Source: Zygnema circumcarinatum SAG 698-1b
Taxonomy: Eukaryota; Plantae; Zygnematophyceae
Reading direction: 5' to 3'
NCBI GenBank assembly: GCA_037447605.1
Contig: CM074819.1
Coordinates: 1,510,297 to 1,574,296 of the forward strand
Length of the DNA stretch: 64,000 nt
A program made the translations under genes and the position numbers. Below the pieces are notes generated by a model. That model made no database searches. It was not told the DNA's origin and saw only the letters and a program-made list of their open reading frames with translations. Of this stretch, positions 28,117 through 42,311 are shown one piece after another; position 1 is the first letter of the stretch, and every line of letters begins with the position of its first letter.

Positions 28117-31100
28117 ATGACTTCAAACTTGGCTTCTCTGGTTCAGCCGGACTTTTATCACATTATTCCACTTCCTAATCCTCCAATATGCACGGAGCCA
28201 GCAAATCTAGAGTCGCTTTTTTCGGGAAGTGCCAGCGAGGCCTCGGTCTGGCAAAGCACAGCACGGCCGAGTGATGAAGAACTTGCAGCTGAAGCGGAAC
28301 GAATAACAAGGCTTTTGGAAGACGTGGATGTCAGCTATATGTAAGTTGGAAGCTACATAGCTGAATTTGAAGCAAAGCTCTCATAGCAGTGAAAATAAAT
28401 AATGCTCCTTGCTTGTCTTGCTGGTTTCGATATTTTTCAGAAAAATAAGGGATGAAGCTCGAAGTGCAATGCCAATTGGAGAAAGCCGGCGAGGCTCGTT
28501 AAGAGCTGCTGTGGAAAGCATGACTTCTGGAGGCTTCAATTTGTTTTCTCCTGGTTAGTTCCTCGTTGAACTTTGCGCTTCCCATATTTCTGAAGTTCTG
28601 CCCGAAGTTCTTATATGCTTCAACTAAGTTTACTTATACTGACAGCGTCTTTCCCCTTTGGTTAACTTTAGAGCATGCTGGCCGTTTATTTTTCAATAAC
28701 TGCGCCGCTTATTTTACTGACTTGCAGGAAAAAGCAAGCGGAAATCTCCTCCAGGAATTGAAGTTACGACGTCACTTGTAAATTCGTCTACAATAAAGAC
28801 TCAATGTTCGCAGGAGGCAAATGAACTTGAGCCTGCACAGGTGCGATTAAGTTTCAAGTTTAAGTTTAATCATTCAAATAACATCAATCAGCACCTTAAG
28901 CTGTCGCCTTTCCAACAAAAAAAAACGTTAAACTGGCTTCATTGGAGACGTTGTTGAATGCAGTCGGAGTCCATCACCTCATATGTCTTAGTTGCAGATT
29001 TTCACTACTTTGCAGTGTTCACTATAAACAGTCGGTTTTTGCACGCTATTCAGGCTGCTGGAACTGTTGACCACATGGATCCGGGGAGGTCTAAGTTGAA
29101 GCGGAGGAGAACGTCTGTTGCTGGACGAACAAGCCAACGCGATAAACAAGTTTCAAGAGGAACAACTGCAGGAGATGGTGACTCTGCATATAGCCTGGCC
29201 AGCTGGTGTTTTTTATGTTATACTGAGCACCCAATCTAAGTCTACTTTTTTGGAGTTTTCATGCTCATTTGTGCTGTAATCTTGTTCTTTCCAAATGCAG
29301 ATCCATTACTAGCATTTACTGAGATGCTTGAGGAGATGTTTGACAAATCGGATACCATTACGAGTGATCATTCTGGAGGAGCTTCTCATGGACTGCTCTC
29401 CAACCGAGAAATGAGCTGCTTGTTTGGAGAATTGCTTAGATTGAAGGCAGATTCGAGGCTTCAGTCAATACCTCCTGCAACTCTCTTGAGAACTATGACG
29501 CTTTTGGATCGCCACATCATGGCAGGAAGTGATGTAGAACTCGATGCAGAAAACGATGTAAGTTGGCTGAGGCACTTACTAGATCCGTAACTCTATGGCT
29601 TCTTATTTGTTGGTTTTGAATCACGCTTCATCAGTGCTTGTTGGATCGTTCAAGCAGCTGCTGATATGGACTGCCAAAATGTCCATAACCTGCAGGAATC
29701 AGATGCAAATGCACGGATTATTCTTTCGCTGGAGGGTGTTCAAGCGGCAATAACAGTAATGGCGGCACCAAATATGCCAAAGCAAGTTTACAGCGAGGAG
29801 GTAAGCTACTCTTCTCAGTAAGTTCTGTTTTGTTCCTTTCAAAAGAATCTGGTATTGATTTTGCCTTTGCCTTTCTAACTAGCTGCAGCTTGCAGTAGAG
29901 AGGTGTATAGGTAGGTTGTAGCAGTTCTGGTGTCCATGTTCCAACATTCTTTTTATTTTGGGATACGGTTGGCTGTTACCAGATCATTGAAAATATTGTT
30001 CACGTAATCAAGTTCCATATTCTTCACCATATATTTCCGTCGTTTGATGCCAACTATCGGCTGGTTCACGGTGAACATGACGGTGAGTAGTTTCCTTACA
30101 CTGACACCATTAGTATTTCGTTTATGTCCGCATGGCTCAATTGGTTTTAAGTTAACTCTAGTTGAAAGTGTCCGCAAAATTCACATCTATGTCTGGAAGA
30201 GAGTCTATGAATGTGACGTCTATATCTGAGTTTCCTATGCAGAGGATGACAAAGAATCTGGCTTAGAAATTACTGAAAGTGGAACACCATCCAAAAAGAA
30301 ATCAAAATCAAAATCCAAACCTGTTGGAGGACGAAAAACGACTGTTTGCAAGTACGATACAGGGAACATTTCCTGGCCACCGCAAATTGCCCCATTTTTT
30401 CCGTTTTGAAATGCAAAGCTTTCTGCTGCTTTAATATGATCGTTTTCTCAGTGTACCTTGGAGATCTGTCATTCAGTCCTATCATGTTGTATAGACAACT
30501 GAATATGAATCTTGGTGTATTCTAGCAGGACGTCTAAAATCTCGATCTCCATCAAAAGCTTATTTTTATTAATTTCTGGTTTGCTAAAGCATGAGCGCAG
30601 TGACTTTCTTCCTCTGCATTTGTATCTTCTTTCGTCTGATGCTTTTCTTTGATGCAAACATATTGTCCCTTGACTCCTAGTTGTAACTGTCCGAGATTTA
30701 ATGTGTGAAGCAGCTTGATGTGGCCTTTCTTGCAGGGGTTCCAAGCCAGTGATGGAACTCCTCAACAAAGTTTGTGGTGTTGTGGCTTCATTGAGTGAGC
30801 TTCTGACTGCGACAAAGCTACACGACGCAACATTACTGCAATTGACGAAGATATTTCTGGCATCCTTTGAAGTTGAAAATGTTGAACTTCTTCAGCTGAA
30901 GTGCTTGGTTGTCATGTGTACAGTAAGTTGCTATCGTCTTAATGACTTACAGGCATTCATGCCTGACTAGGTGTCAGATGCTTTCTTGCCTGGCAGTGAA
31001 TATGAAGCAAATTGACAGGTGGTTCAGATTAACTTCGTGCCTTCAGACTATTCACAATATCACAAGATGAAAGTGTTTCATGCTGTGTGTGTCCCCTTGT

Positions 31101-34100
31101 GTTGCTGTGACACTCACATGATGGACTTGATGAATCATTAGATTGTGATCACTTTGGAGGTGAATGTCACTAATGTTGAATCTTGCTTTCTGGCCTGGTC
31201 ATAGTTTCGCACTTTAGCCGTTCTGCTCTGCTCATCGGCCCTTTCTTTCAGAAGGTCTAACAGACACTTAATAGATATTCCGCATCCTGAGAGCGGAACA
31301 TGGCAACAGTTTTATGTAGTTGTTTGATGATAAGGAGTTTCTGCCATTTCAATTTTTGATGCGTTTTGTTTTGCAATTTCAAAACCAAACGGACGGCAAA
31401 TTTTGATTCTTCCCTTTCTCCAGCATCTCCCTGACTTATTTCATCTGATAGGCATGAATAAATGTATGGACATGGATTCTTCCTTAAAAGTACTCTTTCT
31501 GCGGTCGTGGAATGTGCAATTCAGGTGTTCAAGCATTATCCACAACATCGGACTATTATAATGGATGAAGTTGTGTCACTATTGTGGAAGCTGCCAACTT
31601 GCAAACGCAATCTACGAACATACCACCTATCGGAGGATCGCAAGCAAATACAGATGACATCTGCTCTGCTCATCCATTTGCTTCAATGCTCCGTGGAACT
31701 CCCAGAAGCTGCTACCGATGCAATAGTCCGTAATGCATCTGAGATTGGCAGTCAGGAAGGCTCTGCAGATCAGAAACTCAAATGCTTCGATCATGCTTTG
31801 CAAATTACAAAACAGTTCTGGCAGCCCCTATTAGATCGCTGGGCTTCACCAAAGGTTCATGAGGGTGTTGATGTTAAAGGGGTTTTTGAAAACCTTGTTA
31901 CAGACCTGCTCGAGTGTCTGGATGTCCCAGAACTGCCAGCCTCGAATTTCTTGCTGCAGGTAACTCGACTAGTTTGGTCTGCAATTCCATGCAAGGAAGA
32001 ATCATAAAATCACTGTAAAGTAAAAACCTATTCTGCCTTGCTTACGTTACCATATGGAAGAAGGGTATAAGCTGGAGTTATTGATTCAAGCTGGGATTCT
32101 ATGTGCTGACTTTGCTGTTCCCTTTCTTATGTAGATTTTGTGCCTTTCCCTCTTGAGCGGCAGTGGACTACAATCAAAAGACCAGATCATTCGTGGAGCT
32201 GCGGTGGAACTCCTGGGCTGTATAGCAAGCCGCTTGAAGAAGAATGATCTGATTTGTGCCAACGATAGGCTCTGGATACTTGACGATGCAGACCCTGCTC
32301 ATGGTGCCACAACACCGCGCAGCAAGAAAGAAATCTGCACTGCTTGTGGAGAGAAACGAGGGCGCAGTGCTTCTGTTACTTGTGTAGGATGCCAGAGATC
32401 TTTTCACGTTAGCTGCGTGGCTGTAGATGAGACAGTTTTCATGGAAGGCAGAGGTTGGCTGTGTCAATGCTGCTTCTGTCAGCAGCAGCTCACAACTCTT
32501 GTAAGCACTCTTGAGTCCAGAAGAGGGATTAGTGGTCGAGAAAAAACGGATGTTTCTACCCTTGGTGATGGCAATGTCACCAAACCTACTTTGCCGTCCC
32601 AATGGGCAGCTGAAGGTAGCTTGGTGTTACAACAAGTCTTGCTGAATCATCTTCAAGTTAGCCGGGCTCAAGGTGATGCAGCCTCAACCTACGCAAGGAG
32701 GTATGCCGCCCGCATCTCATGCATTGCCCATTTTGGTGGAAGGCGCATCAACGTTTGCTAATCAGGCATTGCAGTAAAGTCGAAGTAGAGTGCACATGGA
32801 AAATGTAATGTGTACGTCGTGAGGGAGAAGCTAGACATGTGCCTCTTCTGAACATAACTGAAATGGAAAACGTGGATTCCACACCATGTAGATTCTATGA
32901 CTAGATTCCATCATGGGAACGATCGGAAATGTCTATGGCGAAGCCAGTTGGTTGGAGATAATTTTGACAATCATCTGCGTGTTTTTCTACTTTCCTGTGT
33001 TGTTTCATTCAGCTTTTATCTTTGTTGGTGGTATTCCGAAGGAAAGGATGACAAGGAAACCCCTGATTTCTACCATGCAAGATTGCAAGCTGCTATGCCA
33101 GCAAACAGCTTTGGTTACACAACACCGTTGAAACGGGAGGTCATAGTTCGTGTAGCACTTGAGCTGGCGCAAACCAGCAATTTAGCGCGAGGATTTGATA
33201 AGATTCTGCAAGGAATACTTGTAAGTCAAAGAAACGTTGGAATCACCATAGCAGCAAATTAGCTCACTCTGTGCAGTTATTGCGCTATCTACCTCTAGGT
33301 GTTGATCATCATAAGTCATCGAGATGCCTAGCCGTCCAAGGTTTGGCATGACTGAGAAATGCAAGAAAATCGTGTTAGCTTCTCTGAGCTTCCATTACTG
33401 TTTGTCGCAGATGATTGTTCATGACAATTCAACTACACCTCGAGTTAAAGCGCTGAAGGCTGTAAGTGGGATACCATTGCGTTTCTTGGCTCGGCCGTAT
33501 ACTCAGTGACAGCATGCTCATGCTGCACGCTTGGCTTATATTGTTAAAACTGTCCGTTATGAAACTGTGGTGACGGTGACCTCAGATGCTTTTTTTCTAT
33601 GCAGATTGGAACCCTTGTTGAGACTAGCCCTACAATGCTAGAAGACGAGCGAGTTAAACTTGCAGTGGAGAAACACCTCAAGGATTCCGCAATTTCCGTT
33701 CGTGAAGCTGCAGTTGACCTTGTCGGCAAATACATGATGCTCTCGCCAAATGTGGCTCTCAAGGTGACCGAGTTTCTTAGTTATCGTCCCTCCCTCTCCC
33801 TCCCTGCCTCCCCTCTTCCCTCCCTCTCTCCCCTCCCTTCCCTCTCTTCCCTCCCTCCCTTCCCTCCCTCCCTTCCCTCCCTCCCTTCCCTCCCCTCCCT
33901 CCCCTCCCNNNNNNNNNNCCCTCCTTCCCCCCCCTCCTCTCTCTCTCTGACTCACTTTCTCGCTTGTCCAGATGCAACAGTGCTGCAGTAGCGATCAATA
34001 TTGCTCTCTTTGTGTGCCATAGATGTGTTTCAGTCGGTGACGATGCACATAATCACTTTACAGGATGTGTGTGCAGTCCTTCATGTGATATAGGATATCA

Positions 34101-37100
34101 TTCGGTAACTTGCTTTTGCTTCATCCTCGATGGCAGTACCTGACAAGTCCACTTGGACTTGATGTGTTGCAGTACTATGATAAGATTGCAGAGAGAACTA
34201 GAGATACTGGTCTGAGTGTGCGGAAGAAAGTCATAAAGATTATCAAGGATGTGATCTTGTCCATTGGCGATTTCCCTAAGAAGATTGACGCGTGCACAAA
34301 AATCATGGAACGAATTACTGATGATGAAACCAGCATTCGGGTATGATCGTCGAGCCATTTTCTTGCTGCTAGAAACAACAGCGTCTAAGCTCCTGTATTG
34401 TCGATGAATGGTTGTGCTTCAAAAATGCCTGACAGTTCAGAAGTCTTGAGCGACAAATGCTGCCTGCTTACCTTCTTTGCCGTATCCAATCATAACCTTA
34501 CTTGAATGCTGAAGATCGATTCAGCTCAAGTCATTGGAATAACAAATGCATTTGGCTAATGGTGGTTACGCATGTGCAATGATAAAGATTTCGCTTGTTA
34601 GGAGTCCATAGGGTGAGGCGACTCCTAGTTGGTGGAAAACATGTAGATTGATTTTTTCATTCTTGTTTATGTTAAATTCTTCTGTTATTTGCTTCTGAGT
34701 GTGTGTCTTTCCCATTCATTGCATCGTGTGGATCAGGAAGTGGCAATCCTTGTCTTAATTAAACAAATGCATTGTTTTGCAGGACCTGGTAGTAAAAGTT
34801 TTCCACGAGCTCTGGTTTGAGGAACATCAATTTGCAGGATCTCGGTCAGATGCGAATGGGAACACCGCTGATGTGATAGAACAAACTAAGCAGGTTGTGG
34901 AAGTGCTGAAAAGCCCTGCTGCTCAACTGCAACTGGTCACCATCGTAAAGCGGATCTTACATCAAGATGCAAATCCGCAGACCATTAAAGGAGGGAACAA
35001 TAATCTGATTCCCCAAGGAGCCATCCGACGTAAATGTGAAATCATGTGCAAGTGCATGCTCGAGGGTGTCTTGCAGGTATAACCACCCCTTTGAATGTTT
35101 CCTTGAAAGTTTTTGATCCTTGGATGTCAATGCTCCAAATGACAAGAGAATTTGCCATACTTGTAAGTGCGTTGACAGCAGGCCATCGTGTAATGGGACT
35201 CTGCTACCCTACTTTCTCATAATCCTCACTTGCAGTTTAGATGCATACTGCTGACGACCCCTTAAGTTAGCTAAGGCAGGGTTCTCCATCGTCACCTGCT
35301 TTTGTTCCAGGCTTACGAAGAATCAGCAGGAGAGAATGAGGCGAAGGCCCTGCCATATGTTACAGGCCTTCAATCATTTTGCATTGTCGATCCCAGTCTG
35401 TGTGCTCCTCCAAGTGATACATCACGCTTCGCTTTGACCCTGCAACCTTATCTGAAGACTCAGGTGGATTTCCACAGATCCCTTTGTACTAGTTGCTGGT
35501 TAGGTAGCTTTATCTAGCTAATGTCTGGAATCTGTTACTCGAGTGGAATTAAATGTATGCATTGATAAACTTTCGAATGAGCTTAGACTCTGGCTATGGT
35601 TTTCTTAAAAAGTTAATACATACAAAGCAGGGTTTTAGTCCCATCTCCTGACACTGAAAGGCAGCAGAGATGGCCATATTCAAAATACTGTTGCCTACGT
35701 ACATGTCAGATCCTTTTTATTTGACTTGCAATAAAAATGCTTACGAATCTCTGTGTCAGACAATTTTGTCAGCTATCACCTGCTCGTGTGTGAAGACTCT
35801 GGCCCTTGGGGTCTTGCAACTCTAGCAGGCGATCTTATCTGGATGTGCAAATTTTAAAAGGACTAAACCTTCCAGCTTTGGCATTTCCTCGTTCGCTTGT
35901 TTCAGCCAGATGATGAGATGGCAGCAGCTTCATTCGTCCAATGTGTACTTTACATAATCGATTCGGTGCTGCCCCTCCTTCGAAGGCCATCGGCTACTTT
36001 TTTGGATGAGCTGGACCGCGATCTTCGGCAAATGATTGTCACCCATCGCTACCCATATGTTATACAGTCTTGTGTGAAGTACGCACTTGCATCCCTCCTT
36101 GGTCTTCAGGTCTAAGGGCTCGTGCATCAAGTTTGAATGAATGAGAAAGGAAGACCTGGCACTGCTTTTGTCTGGAAGACTTGTCGACAAATGTCTTGCT
36201 TGTTTTTTTTTTTCTCTTAGCCTGAGGCCATTTCTTTTTCTTTCTGCGAGTTATTCCTATTTATGCCATTTCTGAGATCAGGCTGTGGATTTCATTGGCC
36301 AAGTTTTTCCATGTATGGCTCTATGTACTTTCTAAAGGAACGAGGAGGGTGGAAAATTGACTGCAGAAAGAAGCGTTTCTAAACATTTTCTTAAATCTGC
36401 TACTTTTTTGGAAAGCGCTATTGCATAATTCTAATTTCAATTCTCGTGTCCAGCAGATGCTTATGTTCGCTTAGCAAAATCCATGTGAAGTCGATGGAAT
36501 CAATCAAGCTGCTGATTCATTACCACTACAAGAAACTCAATGAGAAACCAACTCAAGTGGATGAAAAGTCGCAATTGGTACAATGCCACATCTTCTCGTT
36601 CTCTTCTACTGCTCAACTATTGTCATTTTTCAGTCCTGCTTCTTACCTCGTGTTTGAATAGCTAACCAACATAAATCTGCTGGCTTGTTGATGCTCGAGA
36701 TTGATGCTTAAGATTTCCTGTGCTGCTCTACCTCCATTATTGTGGAGACAGAAATATATCTGATTTTAGACCGCGATTCACCCTGTTTTCAGCCCCTGCT
36801 TTTGTGTGCAGGCTAGTGCTCGGTTCCTTTCTCTCCTTGGCTTGCTGGCACGCTATGCAGCAGATGCAATCGACCAAGGTTTATTACCAAATGTAAATCG
36901 AGAAAGTATCATAGACATCTACCTGTCATACCTCAAGTTTGATAACTTCGGCGTCAAGATTAAAGCTCTTCAGGTGAATGAGCTTAACCTAATGGGGAGA
37001 AATGGCAAGCGCTCTTCTCTGACACCTGTTTCATTGTCTCCTATTTTCGCACTCATCCATAGTTGTGTCCTTTTCATTTCCCGGAGCAGCAGTCTGCAAT

Positions 37101-40100
37101 TTTTTGAAGTTTGTGATTTATGCAAGAGAGGTCGCATGTGGTGACATCTCATTGTCCAGCGGCGTCCAATTGCTTTCTTTTGCATACACTTAACGACAGT
37201 GCAAGGCAAGTTCGGGCTTGCAGGGGCTTGGAAACGTAATCCTTTCCAAACCACAACTTTTTCTTCGGATCGAGATGAGGGAACTTCTGCAGGCCGCTCT
37301 TATGCAGAAGGCCGACGATCGGCTGAAGGTACACATACGATTTTTGCTGCTGTCATCAGGGTCTGAAGCCTTCTGTCATTCATAACATGTGGTCTCAGAT
37401 ATTTCATTTGTCGTATCCATTTTCTTTCACTTTTGATAAGCAGGCTACTTTTAAGGCTGACTGCATCTGGAGCGTAGTAAAATCTCAATATTTAAATATC
37501 TCAATAACGTGTTGTGAAGTCTCTCCTCTCTTTTTGTAACATACAGAGACAAACCCTGCTGAATCTTCTCGACTACCTTCATGACGTGGAGAGTAAACTG
37601 GCATTGGGAGGCAACCCTGAACAAGCATCCTCGGCATTGGCAGTAGTGGGTGGAGAGCTCCCAGTTGCTGCAGGAGCAGGTGACTTGAACAACAACTGTG
37701 GAGGAATTGTTCAGCTTTACTGGGACAAGATCCTTGAGCGTGTCCTTGATTTGAATGTCGAGGTTCGACAAACGGCACTGAAAGTAAGTTTATCATTGAG
37801 CATGCTGGGGAGGAAATGGCATTCATGTTCATGTTTGCGATTTAGCACTTGTCCGCTTCTCTTTGTAGTCACAGTGCACAAACAATCCAGCGGCCAAAAA
37901 GATTCTGCTCTCTGATTCTGATTTTTTTTTCTCTTTTGCTGTGACTACAGGTGATTGAGATTGTACTCCGTCAAGGCTTGGTGCACCCCGTTACGAGTGT
38001 GCCAGCATTAATCGCGCTCGAAGTCGACCAAAACGAGTCAAATGCTAAACTGGCGAATCGTCTCTTGATGATGATGCACGAAAAGTAAGATTTGAAATAC
38101 GATTGAGCTCATTTCTTTTTGACGTATTTTGTGAAGAAGCCATGGAGAAGTGGCAGACCTGGAAAATGAGAGGAGTTGACAAACTGCATGGTTGTGTCGT
38201 TCTGTTTTATCACTTTGGAGACGTCTTAACGAGCATTATTGCGTCCATGCTTGTGGCAGGCACCCTCAATTCATCGAGAACAGACTTGGTGATGGATTGC
38301 ATGCATCATTTCAGTTCATGAGATCAGGTGCAGCAGCGTCTGGTGGTACAGGGGCTGCAGATTGTGGTAAAACCTCAGCAACGGATTGGAAAGCAGCTAC
38401 ACCTCTGTTCGAGACCTCGAAAGAAGGGATAGCTCGAGTCTATAGGTTGGTAAGGAATACACGAACATCACGAAACAAGTTCATCGGATCCGTTATCAGG
38501 AAGTTTGATGGCACCCATCAGATGGGAGCCGGCATCGATCTTGCTTTCCTTAGGTAAGTTCCTACTTGTGTCAATTATGATTATATACAATGAAAATGGG
38601 TATGTTTATAACATTAATAGGTTAGCTGTGGTTTCTTGGGCAACTTGTTTGGCCTCCTATAAGCCAAAACTTTAATCTCTCTGCCCAGGCCTTGTGTAAT
38701 ATTTTGCGCATGGTCAAAACCTGACGGTGTCTACTGCAGACTAATATGTATGGTTGATTCGTTGGATTCCAGATACTGCACAGAAGTTCTTGCTTCTTTG
38801 CCGTTTGAGATACCCGACGAACCCTTGTACGTCATATACTCTATCAATCGCATAGTGCAAATCCGCTGTGGTCCACTCCAATCTGTCCTCAAGGATTCTA
38901 TATTTGGATCGGGAGAATTAGCTGAGCTGGCAGCAAAGGAGTTGGCCGTGATGCAAACTGAAAATGCAGGACAGGAAAATGGAACTGTTAACATTTTGGT
39001 TGCTGAAGATTCTCAAGTGGAGGGAGACATACCTTCCTCACAATCAGGGAGTGATACACTTACAAGCCTGGATACGGCAATGGAGAGAGTGAAGGTAAGT
39101 TCTTTGATTCCTGATGCTCCTTCAGGGAGAAAGTTCATGTTTTGCCTGATTCAACCCATGCATAACCCTTCTTCTTACCAAGGATTCTCGGTGGAGTGCT
39201 GTTTCTCAGAATGACTGCACGAAGGCCATGGCCATGTCCCTCCTACTCTTACTTAAAAACCACTTCAAGTACACCTACAATCTTCCCGATGCCCGTTGCA
39301 AGGTATGCCTACCCACCCTGCGCTTGTTGTCTCCACGTTGTCTTCTAGATGGCTGTCTGAAGATAGGAGGCAGGCAAAATTTTCCATCCAAGTTCTGCTT
39401 ATCATTTCGAGGACTTTGCATTTTGCCGTCGCTTGGCGCTCGGCGCTGCCGTGTGTTACAATCCTGAAGTTATCCATGGCCCATAATTGCTCTGCTGTCA
39501 TCAATCCATCCATCCGTCCATTCATTCGCATGTTCACCCATCAATCCCTCTGTTTGCAGATTTATGGATAGCAGTCACTTAGTTACTTGTTGCTTCGCAG
39601 TAGGTGATAAAAGGCGAAGCTCTGAAAGTGAAAGTATTGACTCTCTGTCAGCTTTATTGTCAAATCTTTTGAATTCCTGTCAAGCTATAAGTCGATGGTT
39701 TCTATTTCTGCGTTTAGGGTTTGCTGTTGAGCGGGCTCTGGGGGATGCAGGCATTCCAACCTTCGGAAGCCATGGCTAAGGGGGAGGCCCTGCTAAGACG
39801 AGATACGGGGCCAATTCCATGTGACAGTCTTCCTTTACGAGTCGCTGGCAGCATCCGGGACATTTTGACTCAGTATCAGGTACGGGCTTTTCCGAAGAAA
39901 GCAAAATGCCTTGAAGCCCAAACTCGTCATTCCGACCATGCCTGCATGTTAGCTTCACTTTCAATTGTTTAGAACTCACGCCCCTCTTAGGGCTGACTTT
40001 CATTTTTATAGTGGGGTTGAGACGTGTTGATTTTTTTGCCGTACACACCGTTTCAACGGTGCCTGGAAGAAAAGATGAGAAGTTAAACCAATCAAACTAA

Positions 40101-40654
40101 CTGACTAATTAACTTGAACTTACCCGAACCGACCCAATTCAGGACGCTTAATTGAAGGTGAATCTGATTGTGTCCCCGTCCTTTTCATTGTTGACATGAA
40201 AAAAACATCAAGGTCAGTCATATCGGTGAAAGCAACCGTAGTTTCTGAAGGGAGGAATTGTGCTTTGGGGCAGAGCTTCAAAAACCTCCTTAAGGACGAC
40301 TCGACTTCTGACTTTGCTGGATTTGCAACACATGGAAATAAGCGCCGGTCAAGCGGGGTTGGCGCTTCAGCTGCTGCCGTTGGCGTTGGGGTTCACGCTT
40401 CCGTTGCAGTTGACGAGAACGGGAAGCACGTACATGGAGCTTCTGTTACAGGGAACGGTTTACAAGCTGCAAATGGGCACGCGGTAGGTCGAGCGAAACG
40501 GAGGTACAGCTTACCTGGTCACGAGCTTGGAACTCCCGAGTCCCCGGAGTGGGAGGGGGAGGGAGAGGAGGCAAATGGAGGAAAGAGGAGGCAGAGTTTA
40601 CGGAGTCGTCGTCGAACGTCTACAAACGGTACACAGAAACACGGGAAGAGGTGA
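28117..40654 (+). CDS. SCC2: Cohesin loader SCC2 / Nipped-B-like protein with PHD finger, 28 exons, about 1838 aa
   Basis: Exons 28117-28340, 28441-28553, 28728-28840, 29054-29177, 29301-29557, 29696-29800, 29983-30082, 30243-30351, 30736-30922, 31525-31959, 32135-32700, 33013-33220, 33411-33461, 33605-33763, 34173-34340, 34783-35076, 35311-35463, 35906-36078, 36457-36577, 36812-36973, 37224-37328, 37547-37783, 37951-38084, 38260-38553, 38773-39094, 39210-39302, 39751-39879 and 40274-40654 (5517 nt, all phases join). Motifs: [72 protein letters not shown], and [25 protein letters not shown]. Confidence 0.96.
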
Positions 40655-41639
40655 CACGTGTGTTCCGTCCCGCTTTCAGTTCCGTTCTCTCACTCGTTTT
40701 TTGAAGGACGGAGTTCCGGGAAGCAGGCTCTCTCTCTCTCCCTTTCTCCTACGTTTTTTTTGTGAATTCTTTTTTTGTCGGTTTACCACTATCCGCACCT
40801 CTGCGGCAATTGTAGCACAGTTTTGACCGGGCTTAGTACATTTTTTGAGAATAAGTTTCACGTTAGGGCGCTAACACAGGGGGAGGCCTTTTTGTCCTTT
40901 GTGCCGCTTTCGCCTTCTAGAGGGGGAGGGAGAATTGTAATTGTAAATATGAGAATCTTCGCTCACTGTCCTGTTAAACATGGTCGCCTTTTGACCTTTC
41001 GCTCGTGATTCTCTGTGAATGGGGGGCGTGGACCCGGAAAAAAATGGTGTAAATTCGAAAATAATAGTTGATAACTAATTGGCCTTCAGCAAAAACTTTG
41101 GGTTTGAGTTTGGCAAGTACAAGTAAGAGTTTCCCAGGAAAAACAGATTATATTGTGGTGCTTTTAGTACTCGGTTTAGGGTGCGGTTTCAACTTTTACC
41201 AATTTCTTCAATTTTGGATCACGTTTTTCAATTCTGCTGATGTTTTTCAACTTCGCTGATGTAAATTGCGCACATACAGATGGCTGAATCAGGCTCAGTG
41301 CAGACGCACTGGGAAAATCGAGGATTTTATGGACCAAATCGTCCGCAGATAATCGAGGGTCGTTTTGAGATTGAGCTGACTCTCGGACACGTCGACAAGT
41401 ACATGCCATTTTTAATGCACAATATATTTCAGTATCTAAAAGACAAAGAATACTATGCAGGCTGAGAAAGACACCTTACAAATTAGTCAAACGAGCGCTT
41501 AGATTTGTCCATCGTATGGCCAAATGCAGAATTGAATACACTTTTTCTTCTTTCCTTCTTTCCTCTCATTTGTATTTCCACCGATTCCTACATCACTTTC
41601 GGCCTTATCGGTGCTTCAGTGTTTTGCAGCTTTTCACAT

Positions 41640-42015
41640 GTCAAACCATTGGGTCAATCATTGCCAATGGTCGCAAACCATTGGATGCCAATGCCTGCAA
41701 AAACCCAATCAACCTAAATTGCCAATGCTAGCAACCATTAGATACAATAAGTGCCAACATTGCCAATGGTTTGATCCATTGCTTTAACTTTCAAATACTA
41801 TATCGGTATTCACTTACATATTAACATGATATGCAGGACATTCGTTAAAGCACAATGCTTCGATGGAGGTGATTGTGAATCACCAAGCGGTGCGGTTTTT
41901 AGGTAGTGATACCAATTATTGGCAATGGTTGGAACCATTTGATGGGCGGAGTAACCAACCGTTGGCTATAGTCGCCAACCATAGGATGTCCAACCATTGC
42001 CATCCAATGGTTGTC
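41640..42015. repeat. Degenerate CCATTGG/CCAATGG dispersed element upstream of the RNI-like gene
   Basis: Many AACCATTG/CAATGGTT words; shares GTCCAACCATTGCCATCCAATGGTTGTCCAA with the 20.4-kb copy. Confidence 0.7.
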
Positions 42016-42311
42016 CAATTGTTGCGCCCTGTGCAGCCATTGCGTACCGTAGTACCCTGTCCGTCCACTTTCTCCGACTCTCTCTCTCTTTCGCCTTCCC
42101 TCCCATCTCTCCCGCCATGCACCGCAGAGTGCGCGGCTCGCCATGCCGGCAAGCAGAAGGCTGCGTCTGTGCCTTCTGTTCTGACGGAGCTCTCCCCGCT
42201 AGCCACGTGGCAACCAGATCTGTCAGCATAGCAGCGACAGCGGCAGCAGTAGGAGTGGGGGGTGGGAGAGGAGGGGAAGCTTCATGCGCGGAGGACGGGG
42301 GGAGGAGGAAA

